A stretch of 64,000 nucleotides of DNA, taken from Octopus sinensis. Lineage: Eukaryota. Position 1 is the stretch's first letter, and each line of letters starts with the position of its first letter. The stretch covers positions 76,818,001 through 76,882,000 of the forward strand of contig NC_043005.1 of assembly GCF_006345805.1 (NCBI RefSeq), read 5' to 3'. This document shows positions 1 to 13,713 of the stretch, piece by piece. Position numbers and translations under genes: made by a program. Below the pieces are notes generated by a model. The model saw only the letters and a program-made list of their open reading frames with translations. It was not told where the DNA came from and did not search any database.

Positions 1-90
1 TGAGTGAGTGAGTGTGTGTGTATGTGTGTGCATGTGTGTATGTATGTGTGTGTGTATGTGTGTGTGTGTATTTGTGTGTGTGAATAGTTG

Positions 91-128
<38 letters not shown>

Positions 129-1059
129 CACTGCGATTATACGAGACTGTTATGCGCAAGTGTGTGTATATGCGTGTATTATGCGCCATTCTGTGTGTAT
201 GTGTGTCTGCGTCAATAGTGATATATATATATATGCGCGTATATCTGTCCGTATGTGTGTGTGTGTGTGTGTTGTGAACGTGTGGATGTGTACGTATATG
301 TGTATGTGTGTGACTATGAAGCAAATCAATAGAAAAACGTCCGACTTAGCAAAGGTCTACGACAATGTAATGAAACAAGCTGTAAAGTTTACCGGTGGCT
401 TTAATAGTGAGGGCGGTAATGGTGGTGGTGTAGGTGTTGGTGTTGGCGGTGGTGTTGGCGGTGGTGTTGGCGGTAGTAGTGGTGTGGAAAGAGAGGAGGA
501 AAGAAAATAGTGGCAGATGAAGGAGAAGCGGGGTGGGAAGATGCAACTGGCCGGCAACTTGGCTGCTGTCCGGGACAGCATCGAAATTTGCTGCTGCTGC
601 TGCTCCTGCTGCCTGCTGCTGTTAATGGTGATGATGATGATGCAAATGACGATGATGATCATGATCATCATCATCAACATCATCCTGCAGCATTTCACTA
701 CAACCACTACTCCCACTGCTGCTGCTACTATTACGAGAAATGGCCAGCTGTGTTTTTTTGTTTCTTTTTCTTTTTTGTCTTTTTTATAACCGGGACTCAC
801 CCAAACCACCTCCTCATGGCTACTGCATATACTAGTTTACTTCAAAACCTTGTACCTGCAGCAAAGCTTTTCATATCCCCTTTTACCTTAATTAATTAGG
901 TTCCCTTTACTTTTTTCTTTATCTATTAATCCTTGCCTCTCTCTCTCTCACCCTTTCTCCCACTTTCTCTCTTTCTGAGTATGCCTTTTACCAACTTCAT
1001 TGTGTTCACACACTTTTTCTATCTATCTATCTATCTATCTCTCCCTCCCTCCCTATCTT

Positions 1060-1095
<36 letters not shown>

Positions 1096-1098
1096 CCT

Positions 1099-1398
1099 CA
1101 GTGGTTGGGTTCACGCAACGAAATAATAAATTGGGGATCTACAATTGTATTTTAAGGGCCCCTGAAAAACATTTGCTTTAAATGTATGTATTAGTATGTA
1201 TTGCAAGAAACAGTTAGGTTTCTTTCTCTAATATTTTACATAATTCAACCTACACAAGTTAATGTGTGAAAAATAAAACAGAAGTTTTGAAAGAAGTTTC
1301 CATGAAACTAGTTTTAAACATTGAATAACTATGGGGGCCCACCAGAGTAAAATAGTAATCAAAGGAGACCACAGATAAAAAATGGTTGAGAAAACCCG
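1099..1398. mobile_element. hAT (Charlie-like) MITE
   Basis: Begins CAGTGGTT, ends GGTTGAGAAAACCCG; 8-bp flanks ATCTACCT (1091-1098) / ATCTATCT (1399-1406) are consistent with a hAT TSD. Confidence 0.7.
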
Positions 1399-2026
1399 AT
1401 CTATCTCTTTGCCATTCTATCGCTTTGCCATTCTTTCCATTTCTCTCTATATCTCTGTATCTCTCTATTTTATCTCTCTGTCTCTCTATCTGTCTATCTC
1501 ACATTAACAAGTCACACTAACACACACCAAGAAATAATGACTACCGATGACCTTTCATTCATTCTCTCGCTTCTCCACCCGAAAGCAATTTTAGTTCCTC
1601 GCCTCTCCTTCCTCCTCTAACTCCACTCTCTTTCTCTCTCACTTTGTCTCTCTACACATACTCTTCACTCACCTCCATTACCAAACTTTCAACTACAGTC
1701 TATGACATTTCGTCATCGCCCACAATCTAATATTCTCCTTTGCGTTCTCACTCACAATTAATGCATCTCCGTGTCCCTGTACCCTATATATAGACTCATA
1801 CGTTTGTGTGTGTGTGTGTGAGAGAGCGCTTGTTTGTGTGTGTGAAACTCCGAGCTGTGTACTTTACTTTAGTACTCTTACAGGCGTTTGGTATTCCTTC
1901 ACTAGAGACTTTCGTTGTAGTCTCGAAAACTATTTATGACATTTTGTAAATTGTTAGTTGAGCACTTTTCTGACATATACTTTAAGTTATGTGTACTTAC
2001 ATGCATTATATATATATATATGCATC

Positions 2027-2066
<40 letters not shown>

Positions 2067-2100
2067 GTATATGTTGTGTGTGTGTGTATAATATATGTAT

Positions 2101-2390
2101 ATATACAGACATACTTACATATACACGTATATAAATTTAGATGTTTTCGAAGTTTTGCCAAAGAAGGCTTATCAAACGCACATCCATTCGTGCACACACG
2201 TACGTAAAGATGTAGAAAGCTAGACTTAGCAATTTCACTGCCGCTGTTGGACGGTTTCCGTCTGTTAGTGTTGCACTTCTGTGTTTTGTAGCACTCTATG
2301 TGTATACGAGATGCTTTCCGCGCGACAAATGCCGCCGTTTTGTGGCTTTCTACATGTATTTGCACATTAAAATAAACAATCATTCCATGC

Positions 2391-2436
<46 letters not shown>

Positions 2437-2715
2437 GACATACTTACATATACAACGTATATAAATTTAGATGTTTTCGAAGTTTTGCCAAGAAGGCTTA
2501 TCAAACGCCACATCCCATTCGTGCACAACACGTACGTAAAGATGTGAAAGCTAGACTTAGCAATTTCACTGCCGCGTTGGACGGTTTCCGTCTGTTAGTG
2601 TTGCACTTCTGTGCTTTGTAGCACTCTATGTGTATACGAGATGCTTTCTCGCGACAAATGCCGCCGTTTTGTGGCTTTCTACATGTATTTGCACATTAAA
2701 ATAAACAACATTCCA

Positions 2716-2720
<5 letters not shown>
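2101..2720. repeat. Tandem duplication of a ~300-bp unique segment separated by (TA)n
   Basis: 2101-2395 and ~2430-2720 are near-identical, differing mostly by single-base indels. Confidence 0.9.
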
Positions 2721-2766
<46 letters not shown>

Positions 2767-2965
2767 GTCATCTATAAATGTGTGTGTAAGATATACATAC
2801 ATGTCTGTGTGTGCATATATATATTCACACACGCATACACACACATAACGGGCAGAGAGGCAGACAGACAGGTTGTAGGTCTTGCAGACACAGGTGTTTC
2901 TACACAAGCAAAATTTGCACAAAAAAAGAAAAGAAAAGACACCTGACTACAGCACAAACATTACT

Positions 2966-2997
<32 letters not shown>

Positions 2998-3124
2998 CAT
3001 ACATACATACATACATACATACGTATCTACTAGTAGAATACAAAGTTAGAAAATACATAGGCATTTAGATACGTAGATATATAAGTAAATAAATATATAA
3101 GCAAATGCATTTATATATATATAT

Positions 3125-3290
3125 ATATCATCATCATCATGATCGTTTAACGTCCGTTTTCCGTGCTAGCACGGGTTGGACGGTTCGACCGTGAGTGTAG
3201 CGAGTGCTTTTAATGTGCCACCGGCACAAGTGCCAGCGGAGGCTGGAAGCGGCCTCCATCGGTTGGTGCTTTTTACGTGCCACCAGCACA
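3125..3290 (-). mobile_element. RTE-type LINE/SINE 3' end with (GAT)n tail
   Basis: Minus strand ends CCGTCCAACCCGTGCTAGCACGGAAAACGGACGTTAAACGATCATGATGATG, an RTE-like terminus as recalled. Confidence 0.6.
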
Positions 3291-3696
3291 GAATATATAT
3301 ATATATATATACAGAGAGAAAGAGAGAGACCGATATGCATAGCTAAAGAATAAAAATAGAGAAATAGATTGACAAATTGGATACACAGATAGAAAGATAG
3401 AAAGACTGTTAGATAAATAGATCGACAGTCAGATTTTCAGACACATGCAGACACCTGGACGTGTAAATGGGTAGGTAAGTAGATAGGAAAGACAGACTAG
3501 GAAAAGGGAAGAAGGCGAATTGAGGACACAGCATATTTAAGTACAGCTTAGTAAGGATTATTGGAGTAAGAAGATTATTTCGATACTAATATACTTTTAA
3601 CGTAATTTACCGGAAGTTGTGAAACAATTGAGGAGCCGTTTTAGATTGGGAAGAGAATAGGAGCTTAGTTGATATATATATATATATATATAATAT

Positions 3697-3727
<31 letters not shown>

Positions 3728-3851
3728 TGTAAAAGCATATATAATACATCATATAGATATATGTGTGTATATTATATATGTGTATATATGAATATATATA
3801 AATAATATGCATTTATGATATGCATTTACATATATTATATAATATATATAT

Positions 3852-3894
<43 letters not shown>

Positions 3895-4360
3895 AATATT
3901 CAAATACGTATATACATATGTGTGCCTGTCTATCTTTGAGTTAGGGGTTGAAGGACAGCACCCAAGGTTCTTTTCATTGACGGCTATATTGGAAGATAAT
4001 CTCAGGCTGGAGTTTTGACTAAAGTCTTCCTGCAGTGCGGATACCCCAAAAGTTACCCATGGTGCTGATGATAGTCGTGGTGTTACACCAAACAGCTGCT
4101 CAAAGTGACCATCACTTGTTACCAGGAACAGCCCAGTGAACGTCCTTCTGCACGATATCTATCTACCAAATTTCACTTAAGCGGATTTGATTGGCCGGAC
4201 GTTATATAACAACAGAACGAGAAGAACACTTATCATTGGTGTTATACGGTGCGATCGAACTCGACACCTCGTCGTAAGCAAACAGCTATATCTGCTATAT
4301 CTGTTCAAACAGAGATCAACACATCTTTTGCCACTTTTTAAGCATTTTTGTAAACACTAA

Positions 4361-4565
4361 GATGGCGAGCTGGCAGAATCGTTAGCACGCCGGGCAGAAT
4401 GCTTAACAGTATTTCGTCCGTCTCTATGTTCTGAGTTCAAATTCTGCTGAGGCCGACTTTGCCTTTCATCCTGTCGGAGTTGATAAAATAAGTACTGGGG
4501 TTAATATAATCGACTTGCCCCTCCCACCAAACTGCTGGCTTTGTGCCAGAATTTGGGACCAATAA
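4361..4565 (+). mobile_element. tRNA-derived SINE (Meta-domain-like core), full length with TSD
   Basis: Head GGCGAGCTGGCAGAATCGTTAGCACGCCGGG..GAGTTCAAAT (A/B boxes); core GCCTTTCATCC..GATAAAATAAGTAC; 14-bp TSD TTTTGTAAACACTA at 4346-4359 and 4566-4579. Confidence 0.85.
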
Positions 4566-4674
4566 TTTTGTAAACACTAGGGTTTAAATTAAAGGAGATT
4601 CAACTGCTGGTTCCATTGTTTAGTTTAATTCCTAGGGTTTATCAACTGAGACAATATTAAAAACAATTATGAGC

Positions 4675-5270
4675 ATAATCGTTAGAGCGTCCGAATGCCT
4701 TTAAAGCATTCGTACCGGCTCTTTAAACCGTAAGTTCAAATCCCTCCGAGGTCAACTTTACTTTTCATCTCTTCGGGGGTCAATAAAATAAAGTACTAGT
4801 CAAGTGCTGGTATCGATGGCAACGTATTACTCCTGCTCTCAAAACTGCTGACCTGGCAGAATCGTTAGCGCATTGAACCAAATGATTTGCTGCATTTCTT
4901 CCAGGTCTTTAGGTTCTGAGTTCAATTTCTGCTGAGGTCAGCTTTGCCTTTAATCCTTTCGAGATTGTTAAAATAAGCACAATATAACGGATTTGCACCT
5001 CCCCTCAAAACTGCGGGTTTGTGCTAAAATTTTAAATCAATATTACTATGGCGATGAGCTGGCCGAACCGATAACGAGCCGGACAAGATGCTTTAGTGGC
5101 ATTTCCTCTATCTTACGCTCTGAGTTCAAATTCTGCGAAGATCGACTTTGCCTTTCATCCTGTCGGGTCGATGAAAGAAACACCAGTTGAGCGCTGGGGT
5201 CGATAATCGACTATCCTCCCCTCCCCCAGAATTTCAGGTCTTGAACCTAGAGTAGAAAGTGCTATTGTTA
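4675..5270 (+). mobile_element. Three more same-orientation Meta-type SINE copies (~4675-4850, ~4853-5030, ~5060-5270)
   Basis: Repeated head/core motifs (GTTCAAAT..GAGGTCAACTTT..TTTCATC..GGGGTCGATAA). Confidence 0.8.
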
Positions 5271-6194
5271 GTAGTAGTAGTAATAGTAGTAGTAGTACTA
5301 GGACGAAGGGAGAAGGAGAGGCAGCTTAATTACTAGTGGTGGTATTTACGATAGCAATCGCAAAACAGACAAAAAAGGAAGAAAAAAAAACAACTTCAAC
5401 AATTTCACAGTCCCCTGTCGTCCTGCGTCTTACACGTAAGAAATGAATAACTTAAGACGTATTAAACTATCGGCTCCGGGGGTGTATATGTTTACACAGA
5501 CACACAGAAACACACACACACCCATATCTATACGTATATGCACACACACACACACGCGCACACACACACATATATATGTATATATGTGTGAGATTTGAGG
5601 GGAGAGCAGGGGTAACACTCCTTCTAAACTGGTTGACTGGTCATTCATTAGAACAAATACACACAACCACCCACACTGTGAAGTAAGCAAGACAGCTCGT
5701 TATTTTAGTATCATTTTATTTTTCTTTTGGTGAATAATTTGAGCCGGTTGTACCCAACTTGTGTCAGGCTAAGGTTTAATCTGTATATTTAACTTACATA
5801 CCAAACTTATGTAAATCGTTCGTAGCAGACAGAGGGAAAAGAAAGCAAGTGTGAGCTAGTGTGAGAGAGAAGAAGAAGAGAAAAGAAGAAACGGAGAGAG
5901 AGGAGAGACACCTAGTTTCTTCTGTCTATCGTCTGTCAATGATTGCCGCAGTATAGGAACAATGAATGACAGAGTACGTATATGGATAAAGCAGACAAGT
6001 ATTAATAAGTACAAGCCCATAGTCGTTAGAAAACGATTGGTCGAAATGAAATATAGATATTTTTATGTGTGTGTATGTGTATGTATGTGTGTGTTGCGTT
6101 TTGAGACAGCTAGAATGCTTTCAAAAAGCTCCAAACTGACGACACACTAATTAAATTGTACCTATATATGTATATGTATATAGTGTAATATGTA

Positions 6195-6229
<35 letters not shown>

Positions 6230-6615
6230 TACACACACACACATATATATATTATATATACATATACATATATGCACGCATATATACATATGTATATATC
6301 TATATATACACACATATATATATATACATATATATATATATTTATATATATATATATATATATATGTGTTGGTGTGTGTGTGTGTGTGTGTGTGCGTATG
6401 TGTATGTAATAGAGAGGAAGAAAGAGAAAGTTATATGTATAACCAATACCCTAAATACGTATGCTTATATATGAATATTCATATATACATACATACACTT
6501 AACTATGCATATATATGCATAAATATATGTGCGTATATATGAATATATATATATATTATATCGACATATAAGCACACACTCACACACACACAGAGATAGC
6601 TAGCTAGCTAGGTAC

Positions 6616-6662
<47 letters not shown>

Positions 6663-7281
6663 TAGATAGATAGATATAGATAGATAGAAATGACATCGAG
6701 TGAGTAAAAAAGAAAGGTATATAGTGAGAGAAAGCGACGGTCAGCTAGACGAAAGCAGATTAATTACGTTTTATCCAAGCATCTAAGTTTTAAAAACTTT
6801 AACAATATAATATAAAAGGAAATATGAACACTGACAACGTTTCGAAGTATTTTTAGGAGATACACACACTCTTCTCTCTTTGATCTCCCTCTCTCTTTCC
6901 CTGTACTTTCGCTGAATTCCCCCTAGGTTTGTACCTTTTCTGAAATTTGTTTATTGTTCAATCTTAAAAAGACATAAGCGTTCCTTGAAAAACTGGCTTC
7001 AAAGAAAAGTAAAAAAAAAACAACAAAAACTAAATAAAGGTATTAAAGAAATACAAATAACTGTCTGTATGTATGTTTGCGTGTGTGCACTCGAAAACTG
7101 CCCCAAACTACCTGTTGCCTTGATACCTGTCTGCCCTATTTCAGTTGTCTTGTATAAACACACACACACTCGAACTCGCCGGTTATATGCGCACCACAAC
7201 TCACCGGCTGCGCACACACACATACGCATACTCTCATTCAGGTATATGCATATATATATATATATATATATATAATTATAT

Positions 7282-7342
<61 letters not shown>

Positions 7343-7775
7343 ATATAGTATATTATTATATAGATATAATTATATATATATATAGATATAGATAGAGAGA
7401 TAGATATAATATAGAGTATAGATAGATATAGTTTAGATAGATATAGATATCTAGTAAGATACTGTTTTAAGCGTAAGTACTACAACTACTATACACACAC
7501 ACACACTCACACACATCGATATAGATTTATGAAGGGGAAAATTTAACTATTGTCTGAAGACTAGTGTTGAAGAGGAAATACAGGTAAGTAAAAAAAAACG
7601 CAGATTACTTAAATACTTAAACAGCAATTAAAGAAAATAAAGTTACTGTGGACCTATTAATCTATTAAACTTTTAAAGAGGCAATGACGAGCGAGTAGAG
7701 AGCCGTTTAGGACTGACTGAAATGAGTTTCACACTTGAATGTAAATGAAGAGAGGATGACAAATGAAAGTTTACA

Positions 7776-7781
7776 ACTTAC
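7776..7781 (-). other. Splice donor GTAAGT of neurofilament intron 1 (phase 2)
   Basis: Minus strand reads CAG CAA AAA GA|GTAAGTTG; the ORF-track stop TAA at 7778-7780 lies inside this donor. Confidence 0.9.
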
Positions 7782-8314
7782 TCTTTTTGCTGTCTTTCAA
7801 GTTGATCGATCAGTTCTGTAACTCGAACGTCCAAGGTAACTTTTTCTTTGTTGGTCGCATCAATCAGCTTCCGAGCCTCTTCTAGTTCGGTTTCGTACAT
7901 CTCCTTAATTGCAGATGTTTCTTTACCCCATTTTGATTTAAGCTCTTCCAGCTCACCGGCTAATTTCTTGTTCTGCGCCTCCAAAAATCGGACCTTTTCA
8001 ATGTAGTTAGCAAACCTTTCATTCAAGTCCCGCAGGTCTTGCTTCTCTCTCTCCCTGTTTGCTTTAACATTATGGACACTGGTCGAGGTAAGATTGAAAG
8101 CTCCAGATACAGGCATTGCTGCGCTGAAATCGTAAGAATGAAATAACCCACTGCTAACATTACCGCTGGACCTCGAAGTGCGAGTGGTGACAGACCCTCG
8201 AGGGACAATTTTACTCGTGTACATATATCCTCCGCTCCTAGGGTGTGATTTACCATCTTCATAGCTTGTACTAGAGGTGGTAATCTCCGTCTTTTTCTGC
8301 GTTACAGTAGTCAT
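7782..8314 (-). CDS. NF70: Coding exon 1 of the cephalopod neuronal intermediate filament (neurofilament NF60/NF70/NF220-type, lamin-like rod): head domain + coil 1A + start of coil 1B
   Basis: ORF MTTVTQKKTEITTSSTSY...REREKQDLRDLNERFANYIEKVRFLEAQNKKLAGELEELKSKWGKETSAIKEMYETELEEARKLIDATNKEK..LERQQK contains the IF coil-1A signature LNERFANYIEKVRFLE. It closely matches the squid neurofilament sequence as recalled. Start context is AAAAATGA. The frame runs into GA|GTAAGT (phase-2 donor; recalled squid protein continues QQK-D-LEE). Later exons were not found in the window. Confidence 0.95.
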
Positions 8315-8404
8315 TTTTGGACAGATTATTAAAACGAGTTAAATATATCCAAAGAAAAATCCTAGCTGTTTGATAACGACGCTATTACGATCCGGTAGTT
8401 TACC

Positions 8405-8508
8405 GAATGATGTCTGCTCAACAGTTAACATTGACTTATATACTATCCGTTCTGTATTCTGATTGGCTGAAACGTACCCGTGACCTCATTGATTTAAATA
8501 TTGCAAAT
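8405..8508 (-). promoter_or_regulatory. Core promoter of the neurofilament gene: CCAAT box, TATA box, initiator
   Basis: Minus strand: CCAATCAG (8466-8459), TATATAAG (8442-8435), TCATTC (8410-8405; TCAKTY-type Inr, A at 8408, 32-34 nt after TATA). TGAGGTCA (8488-8481) and an ATTTGCAAT C/EBP/octamer-like site (8508-8500) lie upstream. Predicts a 5'UTR of ~94 nt. Confidence 0.75.
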
Positions 8509-8711
8509 TTATCAGGTCAGTTCTTCAATAAAACATGAACTCTTACGTAGAAAGTTGCGTAGAAATACATATTCATAACGTAAGTGGTTTTTTCCTGCAT
8601 AGATACACGCATGTTCGGTGTGACCAATGCGACATATAAGATTAAACTAGACATTACACGGAATAACATGTAAGCAGTGTATATATATATACATACATAC
8701 ACACATACATG

Positions 8712-8751
<40 letters not shown>

Positions 8752-8921
8752 TATGTATATGCATGTATGTATGAATTTACTATCAATATTCGGTCATACA
8801 CATTACATGCACACACACACACACAATACGCATGCACACTCACACGTATACATATACAAATATATATATTTGGATATATGCAGTCAGTCACCTAGTGTGT
8901 GTGTGTGTTTATGCCAGTGCG

Positions 8922-9007
<86 letters not shown>

Positions 9008-9008
9008 C

Positions 9009-9053
<45 letters not shown>

Positions 9054-9190
9054 TACACACACACATACAGAGCTATAGGCAGTCAACACATTCAACGCGC
9101 ACAGCCACACTCGGCCACACAAACATCATCATGCATGAAGGTACACGCACACATATACACAGGTACGCATATATATATTATACATATATG

Positions 9191-9224
<34 letters not shown>

Positions 9225-9793
9225 ATATATACATATTATATATATATGGTATAATATGTATGTATATATATGTATGTAATATATGTATGTATATATATAC
9301 ATAGATATATATATTATATATATATATATTATATATATTATATTATATATATGCAGGTACGCACACACACACATCTTATTTGTGAATGTACGTGTGTATA
9401 TATGCGTGAATGTGTATACCCCATGACGATATTTTCTATCTATTTATGTATCGCTTAAACACTCTGGCATACGCATATATATTTACACAAACATAAACAA
9501 AAAAAAATTATTTTCATGTTGAATATTTCGTGTGTATATGTACACACACACACACAAAGGCATAAACAAGCACAGACTGAAACACATTAACACACACGCA
9601 CACATATGCACACGCATACACATACATGTAGGCACTCACCCATAAGCATATTCAAACATAAAACTCTCTCTCTCTCACACACACACATCTGTATATACTC
9701 ATATATACATTTCTTAATTTACATATACTTTTCTTATTCTTTATGTTAACTAAATAAACATACATATTTCGCATACATAGACATACACACCCG

Positions 9794-9832
<39 letters not shown>

Positions 9833-9924
9833 ATAGTCGTATTGTATTTCGATCGTTCTTGTGTCAAATAAAGAAATGAGTGTTATTATTATTATTATTA
9901 TTATTTATTATTATTATTATTATT

Positions 9925-10148
9925 ACCGGCTTTTCGTCCGTCTTTACTTTCTGAGTTCAACTCCTATCGATGTCGACTTTACCTTTCTTCCATTCGAGAT
10001 CGATAAAATAAGTACCTGCTTGGGGTCGATGTAATCAGATAGCCCCCCCTCCTCTCTCCTCCCAAAATGTCAGGTTTTGTAGCAAAATTATTATTATTAT
10101 TATACAAAACCCGATATTTTGGGAGAGGGAGGGGGGCTATCTGATTTA

Positions 10149-10193
<45 letters not shown>

Positions 10194-10430
10194 GGCCCGA
10201 TGGATTGACAATATCATTAGAGTAACGGAAGAAAAAAGAAGAAAAAATGCTTTGCGGTATTTGTACCGGCTCTTTATTTTTAATTTTTAGTTCAAATCAC
10301 GCCGGTTAAAATTGCTTCCATTCTTCTGGGGCCCGATAAACTACTGCTCAATTACTGAAGTCGATGGCTTCGATTAACCCTTTTCCCTTCAAAATTGCTG
10401 CCCCTGTGCCTGAATTAGAAACAGCTGTTA
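9925..10430 (+). mobile_element. Two Meta-type SINE copies (~9925-10085, ~10195-10430) with (ATT)n tails
   Basis: Same core and tail motifs as the 4361 copy. Confidence 0.7.
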
Positions 10431-10582
10431 TATTTGTTGTTGTTGATGATGATGATAATGATGGTGTTGTTATTGTTGTTGTTGTTGTTGTACTTAGTGG
10501 TTTTCGCTCAGTGTAAAAACAGCACCCCGCGCGACCTTGGGACGAAGAGCAAAAACATACTCATCGTCATCATTGTCATGAC

Positions 10583-10615
<33 letters not shown>

Positions 10616-10835
10616 GATAGTCAGAATCATCATTTGGGAGGATCGGTTGAGAGTCGGGATAAAGTGAGATATAGGTTCAGCAAGGGTCAAAAAGTGATTT
10701 ATAGGTTCATCCTTGCAGGGTCACTATATAAAATCTCAAATACTGACTTAATTAAAAGGCTTTCTCCACCATCCACCAAATTTCTGACTAACATCATCGT
10801 CATCATGCTTATTGTTGTTGTTTTTTAATCGCTAC

Positions 10836-10881
<46 letters not shown>

Positions 10882-11856
10882 TTAATAATAATAATTATTA
10901 TTATTATTATTATTATTGTTATTATTATTATTATTATTATTGGGGAGTTTTATTAATTTCATTATTTTCAAAGGTATATGAATTATACATCCTTGCAAAT
11001 TGTATCCTTTGTTTTTCTTTATGGTCATTTTTGTTGCTTGCAAATAGGTACTTGAACTTATATATATATATATATATAGACGTATACACACGAGCTCACA
11101 TACAGGAATATTATACTGGGTCGGGACGGAAATCCCACTGGACACTTAAAGGCATTATACGTTCCAATATATAATATATATACATGCACACACACAATAA
11201 ATAAATATATGTGTGTGTGTGTGTGTGTATGTGTGTGTGTGTGTGTGTGTGTATATGCACACTCACAGAAAATAAATATATATATATATATGTGTGTGTG
11301 TGCGTGCGTGTGTGCATATATGTATGTATGGAGATATATGCTCTCTGTCTCACACACACACATACTTTATTATAGAGCACTATATCTTTCACAAGCCACA
11401 GATTAAACAAACCTTCACTCGTTCATAATCCATTCGACCTGCAATAAATAGCAGCCAAATATTCCTTCAACTCACAATTTTCTGAGATTAAAGATAACAA
11501 ATAAAAAATAGAAATAGAAAATATATATGTAAAAAAGCAAAAAAAAAAAAGCAGATGCATCAGAAAGAAATGTAGTGCTAGGTGTTCAAGATAATTTTGC
11601 AAAGATAACAACAACAAAAAAAAGTAAGAATGAGACGACAAACAAAATAAATATAAAGAAAAATTCCTTTAATGATAGGTCTGCTCAAAAAGGGTTAAAT
11701 ATAGTTACAAAACGATAACACGAAGAACAACAATTGTTCCATTATGATTAAAATTTCGGGGTCCATAAATTAAGTACCAGTTGAACACTAGGGTCGATGT
11801 AATCGACACTTCTCCTCCCCCAAAATGCCTGCCCTTGTGGCAAGATTTGAAACCAA

Positions 11857-11950
<94 letters not shown>

Positions 11951-13201
11951 TATTATTATTTTCATGTCAAAAAATTCTCTATAAAACATTCGCCGTCTTT
12001 CATTCATATATATTCAAATACGTAAAAATTTGTTCGAAGCATGTTCTAAACTATCTCCTTTGTTGGTGTATTTTCAATTCAGTGAAAATAACGTTGTTTG
12101 ATTAAATATTGTAAAAAGCAAATTATGCTTGATGTAATTTTTTAAAATCAATTTTTAAAGATTTATATCATCTCTAAACTTCTTGACTTTTCTTTAAATT
12201 GCTATCCCTTTCAAATATACATATATCTAATGGAATTACTATTAATAGTATGTATGTACATCTATCTATCTATCTATCTATCTATCTATATAGATATATA
12301 GATATATCTATACAGATGCATATATATATATACACACACACGCATATATATATACATCTATAAAAATAGTAAGAATGAGACAGCAAACAAAATGAATATA
12401 ATGTGTGTGTGTATATATATATATACCCGCATTATCATCTATAGCTTCATATGCGTCGAGTATCACCGTCCCCAAATGGGAATATATATGTATGTGCTAA
12501 TCTATGTATGTATACATGTATATGTGTTTAATGTTGTTGCATTTGTTATTGATATTGTTGTTGATGAAACCCAGGTTATACCTGATTGCCCGTGATAGAC
12601 CTTAAAATCCGAGCCCTTCCTGCTTAGCTTTCCCGTCTTTTACACTAATATCAAAGGCTGCATTTTCTAATTTGAGTTATTCTTTATTTACTACAATAGC
12701 ATAGTTATATGTGTTCAGAAATGGAAATAACCTACTATTTCTAGCACACCGCATAACTCGTACCGGTTCCTACACACACCCATATAGTAAAATAAAATAT
12801 TAAGAGTTATTTTGTTTTATAGCTTATCGATATAACGAAATCATTTTAATACTCCCGATTATAGTCCTAACGTATTTACACTTATTATTCGTTCATTCAA
12901 ATATTCGTTCATTCTGTTATAATTTCATTCATTCTTTTATTCATCCATTTGCACATTCGTTCAATCTACTCTGTTACTTGTCCTCAATTTGTCATTCATT
13001 CTTTCATTCAGACATTCATATCTTCCCCGCATTCAATGCAGTATAATATGATATTATATAGTAGATTATAGTATAATGTAATATAAGTATAATATAATAA
13101 TATATAAAATTAAATATAAGATATAATGTAATATAATATAATATATCATATGTGTGTGTGTGTGAAAATGTACACACACACACACACACACCACACACAC
13201 A

Positions 13202-13262
<61 letters not shown>

Positions 13263-13347
13263 CATATACATATATATGTATAATCATACTCATAAACACC
13301 ATCATCCACCACCACTATCATCAAGGCAGCATTATCACCACCATAAA

Positions 13348-13407
<60 letters not shown>

Positions 13408-13682
13408 TATATATATAAATAGGTATATATATATATAAATAGGTATATATATATAAATATGTATATATATATAAATATGTATATATGTGTATATGTATAT
13501 ATGTGTAATATGTATATATGTGTATATATATATATATGTATATATATATGTATATGTATATGCATGTATGTATATATATGTATATGCATATACATGTATG
13601 TGTATATATGTATACATATGCATATGTATATACATGTATATGTATATGTATATATGTATATATATATGTATATGTATAAATG

Positions 13683-13713
<31 letters not shown>

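Larger units (their letters stand above)
1..7781 (-). other. Neurofilament intron 1 (continues beyond the left edge)
   Basis: Follows the donor; no sequence encoding the expected next rod segment (DLEESRTYHQIDQEQ...-like) was found in 1-7781. Confidence 0.75.

Noticed and set aside
556-582. CGGACAGCAGCC resembling the right half of an RE1/NRSE silencer
   Set aside because: The left half-site is absent and REST is not established in molluscs.
540-620. Minus-strand peptide QQQISMLSRT resembling neurofilament exon 2 (EGEISMLRRS)
   Set aside because: Only ISML matches; it is embedded in (CAG)n/(GAT)n repeats with no acceptor or flanking coiled-coil similarity.
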